The position numbers were made by a program, and so were the translations under genes. A stretch of DNA of 64,000 bases, from assembly GCA_963718525.1 (NCBI GenBank), contig OY970355.1, positions 2,880,001 through 2,944,000 on the forward strand, written 5' to 3'. The notes under the pieces are model-generated. The model saw nothing but the letters and a program-made list of their open reading frames with translations, was not told the DNA's origin and made no database searches. Source of the DNA: Candidatus Dormiibacterota bacterium. GTDB lineage: Bacteria > Chloroflexota > Dormibacteria > Aeolococcales > Aeolococcaceae. Of this stretch, positions 28,236-38,600 are shown one piece after another (the stretch's first letter is position 1; each line of letters begins with the position of its first letter).

Positions 28236-28253
28236 ATACGCCGCGCGGCGTAT
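28236..28253. promoter_or_regulatory. Response-regulator operator (copy 2)
   Basis: Perfect palindrome ATACGCCGCGCGGCGTAT upstream of the kinase. Confidence 0.7.
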
Positions 28254-28335
28254 CCGCCGCACGCTCCGAGTTGAGCTGTCGACTCGCCTCTGATCAGCGG
28301 ACGACGAGAGCGGGTTTCCACGACGAGCGCCGCAC

Positions 28336-28788
28336 CTACGTCGCGCAGAACTCATTGCCTTCGGGGTCCTGCATGATCCACCAGTGTCCGGCAGGTCCCT
28401 TGTCGACCTCGCGGACCCGGGTTGCCCCGAGCTGCTCCAGCCGGACGACCAGGGTGTCCAGGCCGCCGGGCTCACTGTGGACGTCGACATGCAGGCGGTT
28501 CTTGCAGGACTTGCCCTCGGGCACGTCCTGGAAGAGCAGCCGCCGGGCGTGCCCAACGCCGCTGATCGGGTCGAACGAGTCCTCGGGGTGACGGATCGCG
28601 GCGTACCCGCGGAAGGTGGTGCGGCCGCGATGCTCAATGGTCGCCTCCGCCCCGATACGGCCGGCCGCCAGCAACTGATTGATGAGCACGCTCGGGTCTT
28701 CCACCTCATACCCGAGGGCATCCGCCCAGAAGTCCGCAAGGCGGGAAGCGTTCGCGCTATCGATGACCAGCTTCCACGTCAATGTCAT
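28336..28788 (-). CDS. VOC/glyoxalase-like protein
   Basis: LADFWADALGY, KNRLHVDV, DPEGNEFC. Confidence 0.92.
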   Translation of the reverse strand: MTLTWKLVIDSANASRLADFWADALGYEVEDPSVLINQLLAAGRIGAEATIEHRGRTTFRGYAAIRHPEDSFDPISGVGHARRLLFQDVPEGKSCKNRLHVDVHSEPGGLDTLVVRLEQLGATRVREVDKGPAGHWWIMQDPEGNEFCAT

Positions 28789-28895
28789 GCGGCCAACTGT
28801 ATTCGTAGCAGGCGCCAATGTTTGCGATTGCACGCCTCCTGGATTTGCTTCTCCCCAGGGTAGATTGGTCTGTGCCGGCATCACGGCCGAGCGCC

Positions 28896-29288
28896 TCAGA
28901 GCGGATTGCGTGCGCAGCTTGCGCAGTACGAAATCAGCCGAACCGCGCCTTGCTCCCGTTCACGCACATCACCGCCGGACCTTCCCACATATGCGAAATG
29001 CTCGAGCTCTGCGCCGCACCGCGCGCATCTGGCTCCGCCACCGACCCATTGATACACGAAGGGCTGCCCACCGATGTAGACACTCGACTGGGGCCACGGC
29101 CGAAACTGTGCGGCGGGCACCATGCGACGCGCGGGGTTGGCGGGAATCGCTCCGAGTGCAAGGCTACCGTCGCGACCCTCCGCAATCTCTAACTGACCTG
29201 CGTCAGCATCGCCGCGCAGCGCGATCACCTCAATCGTCGAGCCCTCGACGCGACCAGCGACAGTGGATTCGAGGTCCTTCAGTGTCAC
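28896..29288 (-). CDS. Hypothetical protein with C-terminal Zn ribbon
   Basis: CARCG...CASC. Confidence 0.55.
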   Translation of the reverse strand: MTLKDLESTVAGRVEGSTIEVIALRGDADAGQLEIAEGRDGSLALGAIPANPARRMVPAAQFRPWPQSSVYIGGQPFVYQWVGGGARCARCGAELEHFAYVGRSGGDVREREQGAVRLISYCASCARNPL

Positions 29289-29396
29289 AGGATCGATACT
29301 GCCACGAACCGAACTCTTCCGTGGACTCTGGACCTGCCGGCGTCAGGCGGCGAGACCGAGCTTCAGATCAGGTCCGGTGTGATAAGTGTTGTCACT

Positions 29397-30173
29397 ATGA
29401 ACAAACAGGATGTCGATCTCGACGCGGTACGCGCGGCGGCCAAGGGCGTCGCATATACGGAGGATGGCTCGACGCCGAACTTCGTCACGTACTACAATCC
29501 AGCGGCGCCCGATGGCGCAGCGTTGGCGTCCGCCTTGCTGCTGACGTCGGAGGGTGATCTCAAGAATCTGGAAGCCATCTTTGGTATTACTCCAACTGGC
29601 ACGCCGTTTTCGCTGTACGTCGACACCGGCACGTTTGGTGCCTACCACAACTCCTGCGCTGATACTGCGCTGCATCTTGCCGCCTTCGATGGCAGCAACA
29701 GCGATCTGGTGCGAATGCTGATGGTCGCCGAGGCAGACGAAGTGTTCATGGCCGACCAGGCGGTGGGCTGGAACTGCGGCGACAGCGCCGGCGAGGGGCT
29801 CTCGCGTGTGCTGGCCACGCTCGCGTATCCCGCGCAGCTCGACGGCTTTGCGACTGCAGCCTCCTGGCTCAACTCTTCTCGTGTCGACTACGTGACCGCG
29901 AGCGAGCCAACCGATCAGAACTACGTCTCGATTGGCTGCGCGACGCTGTTCCTCAACTACTTGACGCACCAGCTCGGCTACAGCATCAGCGACGTCGTGC
30001 GAGCCGGCGGATCGGGACTTGCCGCGACCTACGCGAAGCTGACCGGTAAGCCTGCCAGCGATGCCTTCGCACCATTCAATGCGCTGCTGGCGCAGCACTT
30101 CCCCGTCGGGCAGACTGCGACGCTCAGCGACGACAACCCGTTCCCATTGGGGGCGCCTGCGTCGCGCGTCTAA
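29397..30173 (+). CDS. Hypothetical protein, zincin-like fold possible
   Basis: Good codon usage; GAYH, VAEADEVF, GEGLSR, LFLNYL. Confidence 0.7.
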   Translation: MNKQDVDLDAVRAAAKGVAYTEDGSTPNFVTYYNPAAPDGAALASALLLTSEGDLKNLEAIFGITPTGTPFSLYVDTGTFGAYHNSCADTALHLAAFDGSNSDLVRMLMVAEADEVFMADQAVGWNCGDSAGEGLSRVLATLAYPAQLDGFATAASWLNSSRVDYVTASEPTDQNYVSIGCATLFLNYLTHQLGYSISDVVRAGGSGLAATYAKLTGKPASDAFAPFNALLAQHFPVGQTATLSDDNPFPLGAPASRV

Positions 30174-30760
30174 TCGTCGATGGGGCGGCCGTAGTCAACA
30201 GCATCCAGAACTGCTTCAGGTGCCTTCGACCGCAGCGCGGAGTCGGGCCGAGCACCAAGCGCGTCGTTGACCGTCGAGAACGCGATTCGCAGAGCCACGT
30301 ACGCCGTCATTCCGAAGATCTGCGCGTCGCTATACCCGGCATCACGCAGCGCCTGCACGTCCGCAGGTTCCGTGTGATTCGGGTCGCGCGCGACCTTGCG
30401 GGCCCACGTCGCCATCGCCTGCTCTTCGGGGCTGAGACGATCATCCACGCCCCGGAGAACGCCCGCGGCCGTTTCCGCGTCGGATTTGGCGGCAAGTTTC
30501 GTCCCCCAGGCAAGTGAGCAGTAGGCGTCACCCAACGTCGACGCGGAGGCTGTTACCAGAATGCCGCGCTGGCGGAAGCTGAGGCGTTCGGTCGCGTAGG
30601 TCTCGCCCCTGAGGTCGAACAGGTGGGTCAGGGTTGCGGGCTGATACGCCCAGAGCTTGGACACGTTCATGACATACCCAAGCTCGGCCAGGTCGTCGTC
30701 GAAGATGCGCTGCGCCTCGGCATCGGGCGCCTGTGCTGCGAGAAAACCAACCGTGCTCAT
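30170..30760 (-). CDS. AhpD/carboxymuconolactone decarboxylase-like protein
   Basis: GYVMN, DAYCSLAWG, DVQALRDAGYSDAQI, VNDALG. Confidence 0.85.
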   Translation of the reverse strand: MSTVGFLAAQAPDAEAQRIFDDDLAELGYVMNVSKLWAYQPATLTHLFDLRGETYATERLSFRQRGILVTASASTLGDAYCSLAWGTKLAAKSDAETAAGVLRGVDDRLSPEEQAMATWARKVARDPNHTEPADVQALRDAGYSDAQIFGMTAYVALRIAFSTVNDALGARPDSALRSKAPEAVLDAVDYGRPIDD

Positions 30761-31584
30761 GCCGTCTCCCTCGTGATCGCCCCGGGCTTGCGGGCAAGGT
30801 AACCCACGACGTTGATCTCCGCTCGCAATGGCAGGCCGTCACGGACCTGCGCGCGAGCCTCGTTGGTCGCGGCCGCGACCAACGCCGCCTCACCCACGTT
30901 CTGGATTGCCTCATACGCCGGACCGGTCGACGCGATGGCGCGAGCGTACATCTCCGGGTCTGAGAACTCCCACGCGAACGGGATATCCACGCGTTCGACA
31001 TCGATGAAGCCAAACCGTGTCAGCAGCTCCTCGCCGACGCCCGGCCGACCGAGCGCCACCATCGCCGCCTGATTCGCGACCTTCGCGGACGCCGCGAGCC
31101 GAAAGGGTGCGAGCGCCCAGGCACCTGGCGACACCTTGATGTGCCCCCACACCGTGAGCCCGAATCGGCCGCCGGGTGCAAGAACACGATGAATCTCACC
31201 GAGAGCACCGGGTGTCGTTCCCCAGATGCCCCCGAAGCTGGTCGCAACATCGAAACTCTCATCTGCCCACGGCATCGCATGCATGTCTCCCACACGGACG
31301 TCGGCGTGGGGATTCCTGTCGCGAGCAACGGCGACCAGGCGGGAGGACGCGTCGATGCCCGTGCAGCTGGCGCCCCGCGCACGCGCCAGCTCCATGGCCA
31401 GGCCCGAGCCACAGGCCACATCAAGCAGCCGATCACCGTCGCTCACGCCGAGGCGGTGGTGCATCGCCACGTATTCGCGGCAGTTACCCGGTTCGCTCAG
31501 CGTCGCGAATTCCACCGCCTTGCGGCCCCACCCTTCGTCAACGACCGTCCAGTCGCTGTGCTTTCTGGCCGTCGTCATCGTCAT
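30757..31584 (-). CDS. Class I SAM-dependent methyltransferase
   Basis: LLDVACGSG, GID, GDMHAMP, RVLAPGG. Confidence 0.92.
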   Translation of the reverse strand: MTMTTARKHSDWTVVDEGWGRKAVEFATLSEPGNCREYVAMHHRLGVSDGDRLLDVACGSGLAMELARARGASCTGIDASSRLVAVARDRNPHADVRVGDMHAMPWADESFDVATSFGGIWGTTPGALGEIHRVLAPGGRFGLTVWGHIKVSPGAWALAPFRLAASAKVANQAAMVALGRPGVGEELLTRFGFIDVERVDIPFAWEFSDPEMYARAIASTGPAYEAIQNVGEAALVAAATNEARAQVRDGLPLRAEINVVGYLARKPGAITRETA

Positions 31585-31724
31585 GGTCCTCCTATCCCCG
31601 GCCGCTGGTCACGCCGGTTGCGCATCAGCGTGAAGCAAAGCATCGCCAGGCCGACGCATTAAAACCAATATGGGCTGCGTCCATGTGGTGCCAGGGTCCA
31701 CTGGCTCAGTCGTATGCTCGCGAC

Positions 31725-32312
31725 ATGGCTGACCGTTACGACACGGCATACCTCCAGGGATCGCCGCCATGGGACATCGGCCGCGCTCAACCGGACCTGC
31801 TGCGCTTGCTGGAGATCAACCGGATCGCCGGGCGAGTGATCGACCTCGGCTGCGGCACCGGCGAGAACGCCATCGCCTTTTCGCTGGCGGGACTCGAGGT
31901 TGCCGGCGTCGATGGATCTTCGGAGGCGATACGTCAAGCGCGCGAAAAAGCGCAGAAGCGCGGCGTCTCGGTTCGATTCGACGTCGCGGACGTTCTCGAT
32001 CTCGACGAGCATCCCCCGAGCTTCGACACTGCCACCGACTCCGGGGTGTTTCACGTGTTTGATGACGAGGACCGTCCTCGCTATGAACGTAGCGTTCGCC
32101 GAGTGCTCCGCCCGGGAGGACATCTCTTCATCTTGTGCTTCAGCGAACTCGAGCCCGGGGACTGGGGCCCGCGGCGTGTGACACAGCGGGAGTTGCGTGA
32201 GACATTCACCGACGGCTGGCAGGTGGACAGCATCGATGCAGCCCACTTGGACACCAAGGTCGAGGATGCGCATCACGCAAGGGCATGGCTTGTAGCGATG
32301 ACGCGCCTCTGA
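31725..32312 (+). CDS. Class I SAM-dependent methyltransferase (TPMT-like)
   Basis: PPWDIGRAQP, IDLGCGTG, DSGVFH, LRPGG. Confidence 0.92.
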   Translation: MADRYDTAYLQGSPPWDIGRAQPDLLRLLEINRIAGRVIDLGCGTGENAIAFSLAGLEVAGVDGSSEAIRQAREKAQKRGVSVRFDVADVLDLDEHPPSFDTATDSGVFHVFDDEDRPRYERSVRRVLRPGGHLFILCFSELEPGDWGPRRVTQRELRETFTDGWQVDSIDAAHLDTKVEDAHHARAWLVAMTRL

Positions 32313-32446
32313 AGTTCATGGGTCGCACGCGCGGCGTCCTCGGGCTCTTGGAGCGCGTCCATAGGAGATCTCCTCACACTGATGAACTGCGGACGTGCGA
32401 CGCATCAGGAGTTGGTGATCGTGGTCAGAATCCGCCGACATCTCGA

Positions 32447-35215
32447 TCAGGTTGCGAGCGACTTCCCCGACTCGGTCTGAAGGGCACGCGCCAAGCCCCC
32501 ACGTGAGCGGATCCCAAGCTTGCGGTAGACGCGCGTGAGATTCGCCTCCACGGCTTTCGTGGAAAGGAACATCCGGTTCGCGATCTCCGCGTTGGCCAGT
32601 CCCGAGGCTGCCAACTCGGCGATGCGGATCTCGGCCGGGGTCAGCGCGTCGGGAGAACCGGCGCGCCGACCGAGGCGCTCGATTTCGAGACGTGCTCGTT
32701 CTGCCCAGAGCGGCGCGCCGAACTGCTCGAAGGCGATCAGGGCCTCGCCGAGCGTCGCCCTCGCCTCACCGCGCGTGCCGCGGCGGCGCTGGACACGCCC
32801 GAGGACCAGTAAAGTGCGCGCTCGCTCAAACGGCATTGTGCAGCGATCGTGTTGAGCAAGCGCTTCTTCCAGAGCAGTCAGCGCACCGTCGACGTCGCCG
32901 CGTGCCGCGGAGACGAGCGCGCGGCAGCGACCAGCGGCAGCACGCCCCCACGCGCGATCCAATGCTGTACTGCGCTCATCGAGCCACAGCAGGAGGGGCT
33001 CCGCGCGTTCGAGGTGCCCCAGCTCGACGAGCGCCTCGATCTCATCGGGCAGGAACATCCCGAGAAAGGGATCGCCGCCACCCTGCGAGGTCACCATCGT
33101 CGCGGCGTGCCCGAGCGCCTCATCGACCGCCGCCAGATTGCCGGTTGACAACTCGGTCATCCCGAGCGCCCACAGCGGCCACATGGTGCCCACCGCCCAG
33201 CCCAGTTCCTGGAAGCGGCGAAGCAACTCAGCGGCCTCTTCGCGCGCCAGGTCAGCCGTGCCGTCATGCGCATGCACCAGCGCATTGGCAGCGAGGGCGA
33301 TCCCGTGCGCTGCGGGATCGTCGAGCAGCGCGGCGGTCTGCATAGCCTCTTCAGCAAGGCGGCGGGCCGTCTCGAGATCCCCATGCCAGACGCACAGCCA
33401 TGCCTGATAGAAGCACGAGAACGGGATCGGGCTCTCTTCGCCGCGTTCGACCGTGTCCGCGTGCAGCCGGCTGAGCACCGAAAACGCCTGCTCCAGGCGG
33501 CCCATATACAACAGGATCGACCCGTGGATGAAGGCAGGCGTCATCTGCCACGCGCGGATGCGGGTGGGGTCCTCCAACGCCAGGGCCTTCCGCATGCGCT
33601 CCTCGTCGAAGCCTCGACCGGCGATAAACTCCGCGATGGTCACCACTGCGAGCGCGTCGCCCAGCGCGCTGGGATCGCCGGCCCGTTCCGCAGCTGCGAC
33701 CGCCCCGCGTGCGTGCTCTGCGGCGCCAGCCAGATCGCCGAGACTGATGACGTAGAACGCCAGGTCCAGCTCGATCTCCGCGATCAGCCCTGGGTCGCCG
33801 GCAGCCGCCTCGAGCGCCTGCGCGGCGACCGCGGCCGCCTCGGTGAAGGAGTTGCGACGCGAGTAGATCTGGCCCATAAGATGGAGTGCGCGAATACGCG
33901 TTCCCGCCGCGAGAGGGCCTGAGAGCGCCTGCTCAAGGTTGGACTGCGCACCAATAAGGTCACCCGCGTCGAAGCGGAACCCTGCTCCTGCGACGAGCCG
34001 CGCCGCTCGCCCATCGCCGTCGGTCGCCGGCGTCAGCTCCACAGCCAGCTCCAGAAGGTCGGCCGCCGCGATCGGTGCGCCGCGCGACCGCCCCAGCATC
34101 GCCGCCTCCTCGAGCTCGTGTGCGATGGCGGCATCGGGCTCGACCGCGCCCAGCGCGGCATGCCGCGCGCGCTCCTCGGGCTCGGTCACCACCGCCGCCA
34201 GCCGGCGGTGCAGGGAGCGCCTCTCCTCGGGGCCGGCTCGCCCGTAGAGGGCCGACGCGAGCAGCGGGTGCGCGAACTGGATGCGGCCGTGCTCGATGGA
34301 GACGATGCCCGCCCGCCGCGCCGCGCCCAGGGCGCTGGCGTCGATCACGTCGGTGGTCGGCTGCGAGAGCGCCGCAGCCATGAGCAGCGCGCGGCGGGTG
34401 GTCGCGGGGAGCTTCCCCAACCTGGCAACGACCAGCTCGGTGAGGCTGGGAGGAACCTGTAGCGGGCCGGCTTCGGTGTGCCGCTCCGGAAGCACGGCGG
34501 CGATCTCCAGCGCGTAAAAGGGGTTACCGCCACAGATGCGAGCCATCTCCACGAGGATCGGTCGCGTCACCGAGCGGTGGCTGTGCTGCTTGATCAACTC
34601 GTGGAGCGCGGCGACAGTCATGGCGCCGAGAACGATGGTTTGACGCCGGCTCGGGTCTGCGGCGCGATCGAATCGAAGAATCGCCGCGCTGGGCGTCCTG
34701 ACCGTAACCACGAATCCGACTGCTTCCGCTTCGAGTTTGCGGAGCACAAAGCTCAGGATGCGAGCCGACGGCGAGTCGAGCCACTGCGCATCATCGATCG
34801 CCACGACCACCGACCCGGAAGTCGTCAGCAGACGCAGCAGCGACAGCACCGCGGCGCACAGCGCTCGCTCATCGATGCCGGTGCGAGGCGCCGGGGCACG
34901 AAACAGTGCGGCCGCGACCGCCTCCTGGAGCGGGAGCGCCATCTGACCGATGGTCGCTTCGCCCACGGGGTCCAACAGGTCAGCCAGGCCTGCGTACGAA
35001 AGCGTCGCTTCGGCCTCGCTCGGACGTGTCGCCAGCACGTGTGCACCTCGTAGCTTGGCTCGGCGCACGCACTCCAGCCACATGGTGGTCTTGCCGATGC
35101 CGGCCTCACCCTCGACCGTCAGCACCTCAAAGCGGTGGCGTGCGGCGTCGAGGAACCCATCGACCGCACGCAGCTCCGCATCTCGCCCGACGACCGGTCT
35201 GGAATCGTCCCCCAT
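32447..35215 (-). CDS. Large ATP-binding LuxR regulator (AAA-TPR-HTH, LAL/STAND type)
   Basis: VGRDAEL, GEAGIGKT, IDDAQWLD, GGNPFYALE, C-terminal LTPAE..VEANLTRVYRKLG. Confidence 0.95.
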   Translation of the reverse strand: MGDDSRPVVGRDAELRAVDGFLDAARHRFEVLTVEGEAGIGKTTMWLECVRRAKLRGAHVLATRPSEAEATLSYAGLADLLDPVGEATIGQMALPLQEAVAAALFRAPAPRTGIDERALCAAVLSLLRLLTTSGSVVVAIDDAQWLDSPSARILSFVLRKLEAEAVGFVVTVRTPSAAILRFDRAADPSRRQTIVLGAMTVAALHELIKQHSHRSVTRPILVEMARICGGNPFYALEIAAVLPERHTEAGPLQVPPSLTELVVARLGKLPATTRRALLMAAALSQPTTDVIDASALGAARRAGIVSIEHGRIQFAHPLLASALYGRAGPEERRSLHRRLAAVVTEPEERARHAALGAVEPDAAIAHELEEAAMLGRSRGAPIAAADLLELAVELTPATDGDGRAARLVAGAGFRFDAGDLIGAQSNLEQALSGPLAAGTRIRALHLMGQIYSRRNSFTEAAAVAAQALEAAAGDPGLIAEIELDLAFYVISLGDLAGAAEHARGAVAAAERAGDPSALGDALAVVTIAEFIAGRGFDEERMRKALALEDPTRIRAWQMTPAFIHGSILLYMGRLEQAFSVLSRLHADTVERGEESPIPFSCFYQAWLCVWHGDLETARRLAEEAMQTAALLDDPAAHGIALAANALVHAHDGTADLAREEAAELLRRFQELGWAVGTMWPLWALGMTELSTGNLAAVDEALGHAATMVTSQGGGDPFLGMFLPDEIEALVELGHLERAEPLLLWLDERSTALDRAWGRAAAGRCRALVSAARGDVDGALTALEEALAQHDRCTMPFERARTLLVLGRVQRRRGTRGEARATLGEALIAFEQFGAPLWAERARLEIERLGRRAGSPDALTPAEIRIAELAASGLANAEIANRMFLSTKAVEANLTRVYRKLGIRSRGGLARALQTESGKSLAT

Positions 35216-35271
35216 CACGCAGATGATGGCAACCGCACGCGCTGCGGTCCAGCGCCGAGATGGCACAGACC

Positions 35272-35337
35272 TAGGGTCGCATTCGGTCGACCGGTAGGGA
35301 TATCCCTCTTTCGCGGCGCCGAGCCTCGGCCTAGGTT
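35272..35337 (+). promoter_or_regulatory. LuxR operator and promoter of the DUF4242-like/RHS operon
   Basis: TAGGGTC..GGTCGAC..GTAGGGATATCCCT (AGGG-ATAT-CCCT dyad), then TAGGTT ending 9 nt before the ATG. Confidence 0.65.
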
Positions 35338-35346
35338 TGTGTCGGC

Positions 35347-35640
35347 ATGAAGCATCCGCATGTGGCCGAGTACATCGCCGAGTGCTTCTGGCCCGGCGTG
35401 CAAGAGGCGGACCTGGTCGCGCTTGACGAGCGGGTCGCGCGCAGCGCCGTCGACCTCGATCAGGACGCCCACACGGTGCGCTATCTCGGCTCGTTGCTTT
35501 TGCGCGAAGACGAAGTCGTGCTCTGCCGGTTCGAGGGATCCGAGCCCGAAGTACGCCGTGTCGCCGAGGGGGCAGGCGTCCCCTTTGAACGGATCCTCGA
35601 GGCTGGCCACTCGCCGTGGACCGTGGATCCGAGACGATGA
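35347..35640 (+). CDS. Small DUF4242/SCO4226-like protein
   Basis: EYIAECFWP, VRYLGSLLLREDEVVLCRFEG, AGVPFERILEA; coupled to the RHS gene. Confidence 0.75.
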   Translation: MKHPHVAEYIAECFWPGVQEADLVALDERVARSAVDLDQDAHTVRYLGSLLLREDEVVLCRFEGSEPEVRRVAEGAGVPFERILEAGHSPWTVDPRR

Positions 35641-38600
35641 TGCACCGCTCTCTGGCCGCTCTCGTGTGCGGCGCTGGAATGCTCGTCACCTCAAGCCTAC
35701 TTGGTGCGTGCAATTCCGCGAGCCCCGGGCCTGACCTCGCCGCGCTGACTCTCGACGAGTGCGATCCCGCGGCGTTTGTGGCGTGCAACCAGCAGGCCGC
35801 CTTCCTGTCGATTCCCATAGCCGACACGGGTCTCTCGCTCACGTACTCGAGCCAGTGGGCGCCGGCGCGCACGGATCGCCCCAACTGGAGTGCTAGCTCG
35901 CTTGGCCTCGGGGGCTGGTCGCTCGATGTCGTCCAGCGCTACGACATTGCTGACGGCATCCTCATTGGTGGAGACGGCTCGTGGCGGTTTGCGAGTGGCG
36001 TATCAGCCGCCTCGGGCGGACGCGTCGTGCCCAGCTTCGACGGTTCCGTCGCGTATGTATTCGACTCCGCCGGCCGGCTCGTCCGCACCGTCGACGGCCA
36101 TCTGGGCATCGTGTTGCTCACCTTCACCTACGACTCATCGGGACGGCTCACCTCCGTTGGCGGCACGGCAAACAGCGGACCGGCGCACCTCACCGTCCGG
36201 CGAGCGCCCGACGGAACCCCGGAGGCGCTGCAGGGTATCGATGGCGCGGTGACCTCGCTGGCGCTGGACAGGAGTGGCCATCTGGTCGGAGTGACGAACC
36301 CGGCGGGTGCCGCCATTCAACTCACGTGGGGACCCCGGGGCCTGGTCACGACAGAAACGGACGCACTGGGCGGAGTCAGCCGCTTCGTCTACAACTCGGC
36401 GGGGCAACTCGTGTCCTCGTCGGACGCGGACGGGGTCATCGAAAAGCTCAACCGCACAACGATCGCCGGTGGGGATGAGGTCCGGGTCACGACGGCGCTC
36501 GGCCGGGTCTCGATCTATCGCGCCGTGCACGCGGCCAGCGGAGTTCGCATCTCCTACATTGCGCCGGGAGGCGCTGCCACGGTCGAGACGATCGCGGGCA
36601 ACGGATCACGGTCGCTGTCACTGCCCGATGGCACGCGGCACCAGATCGGTGCCCAACCGAGCGCGGTTTGGGGCCTCTCGGCGCCACTGCTGACCCCCGA
36701 CGTCGAGACGCGTCCCGGCGGGGTCACTTCACGCATCACACTCAGCGAGGATCTGCATGAGCGCGGCGGCTCGCCATACACCCTCGCCGGATCCATCACA
36801 GCGAGGATCAACGGCGCTTCGACGGTCGAGACCTTCGACCCGGTATCGCGCACGACGACCGTCACCGATCCGCTCGGTCGCCAAACGATCAACACGTACG
36901 ACTCTGACGGTCGCCTGGTCGCCAGCAGAGGACCGGGGAGCGCGCCGGTCACCTACACCTATGACGCGAACGGTCGCGAGGTCAGCGAGACCGTCGGGGC
37001 CGGGTCGCTCGCGCAGACGACACGATTCACGTACAACACCTCCACCGGCACCATCAGCCAGACACTGCCCAACGGTCAGGTGACCAACGAGGCCGTGGAC
37101 GCAGCCGGCAACGCGGCGACGATTACTGCAGCGGACGGTTCGACGGTCGTCGAATCCTACGACGCGGCGGGAAGATTGACCGGGGTGCAATCGCCGGGCG
37201 GCCTGAGCTACACGCTGGGTTCCAGCCCAGCAGGGCGGCCCACGGCGATCCTCCCGCCGCAGGTCGGCTCGGACGCAACGATCGAAACAGCCCGCTACGA
37301 CAGCGACGGCAACGTGGTGTCCGTATCCGGAGTAGGGCCGCAACCGGTCAGCGTGGCTTACGACACCGCAGGTCGCGTCACCGGTCTGACGTTCGACCAG
37401 GGAACGGCCAGCGCGTCATTCAACTCCACCTCTGGGTTGATCGCACGGACCTCCGATCCGGACGGGGTGACCACCGCCTACGGGTACAGCGGCGCTTTGC
37501 TCAACTCGCTCAGCTGGTCAGGCCCGCTCACCGGATCGGTTTCGGTCATACTCGACGCGAACGGGCGCGCGGTCTCGGAGAGCACGGACGGGTCCGCCGC
37601 GCTGACGCTGGCCTACGACGCGTCCGGCGATCTGACGGGTATCGGGCAGCTCGTGCTCACTCGCGATCCGAGCAGCGGTTTGGTCACCAGCGCAAGGCTC
37701 GGCTCGGTGACGACCGATGACCAGTACGACTCCAACGACCAGCTCGTCCGTGCCACCACCGCCGCGTCAGGCAAGGTACTGCTCGATATCCGCTACACAC
37801 GCGACGCCCTCGGACGGATCACCGCCGTGGTCCAGACCGGTGCCGATGGAGCCACAACAACGACGGCCTACACATACGACCCTGCAGGGAGGCTGTCCAC
37901 CGTGCAGGTCCGGGGGAGCACCGTCGAAATTGACACATACGATGCTGCGGGCAACCGCACCGGCGTTGCGGCTCCGTCGGAGACGACCAGGGCAACGTAC
38001 GACGCGCGCGACGAGCTGACGAGCTGGGGCGGGACGACGTACACCTGGGCTCCGGATGGAACCCTGACGCGAGTGGCCGGAAGCGCAGGAGCGACCGCAT
38101 TCACGTTCGACGATCTCGGCCGCCTCCGCTCTGTCAAGCCACCGAACGGGCAGGCGATCACGTACCTGGTTGACGCGGAGGGCAGGCGTGTCGGCCGCGA
38201 AGTCGATGGCAAGCTGGTCGCCGGCTATCTGTTCGACACTGCGGGCAACGTCGTCGCCGAGACCGATGCCACCGGAGCGGTCGTGGAGCGCTTCGGCTAC
38301 GACGACCTCGGCCATCTCGCGCTGGTCGAGCGTGGCGGCTCCACCTACCGGGTGATCACCGACCAGGTAGGCAGTCCGATCCTCGTCCTTGACTCGCAGA
38401 CGGGCGCGATTGTCGACGCCATCTCGTACGACGTGTGGGGTCGAATCACGAGCGAGTCGGCGCCAGGGACGTTTCCCTTCGCGTTCGGCGGCGGCCTCAG
38501 CGACCCAAACACCGGCCTCGTGCACCTGGGCGCCCGTGACTACGATCCGATGACGGGCCGCTGGACTGCGCCGGATCCAATCGCATTCGCGGGTGGCGAT

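Noticed and set aside
35216-35884. N-terminal extension of the LuxR ORF to 1145 aa
   Set aside because: It overlaps the divergent promoter and two + strand genes; homology-like sequence begins at ATG 35215.
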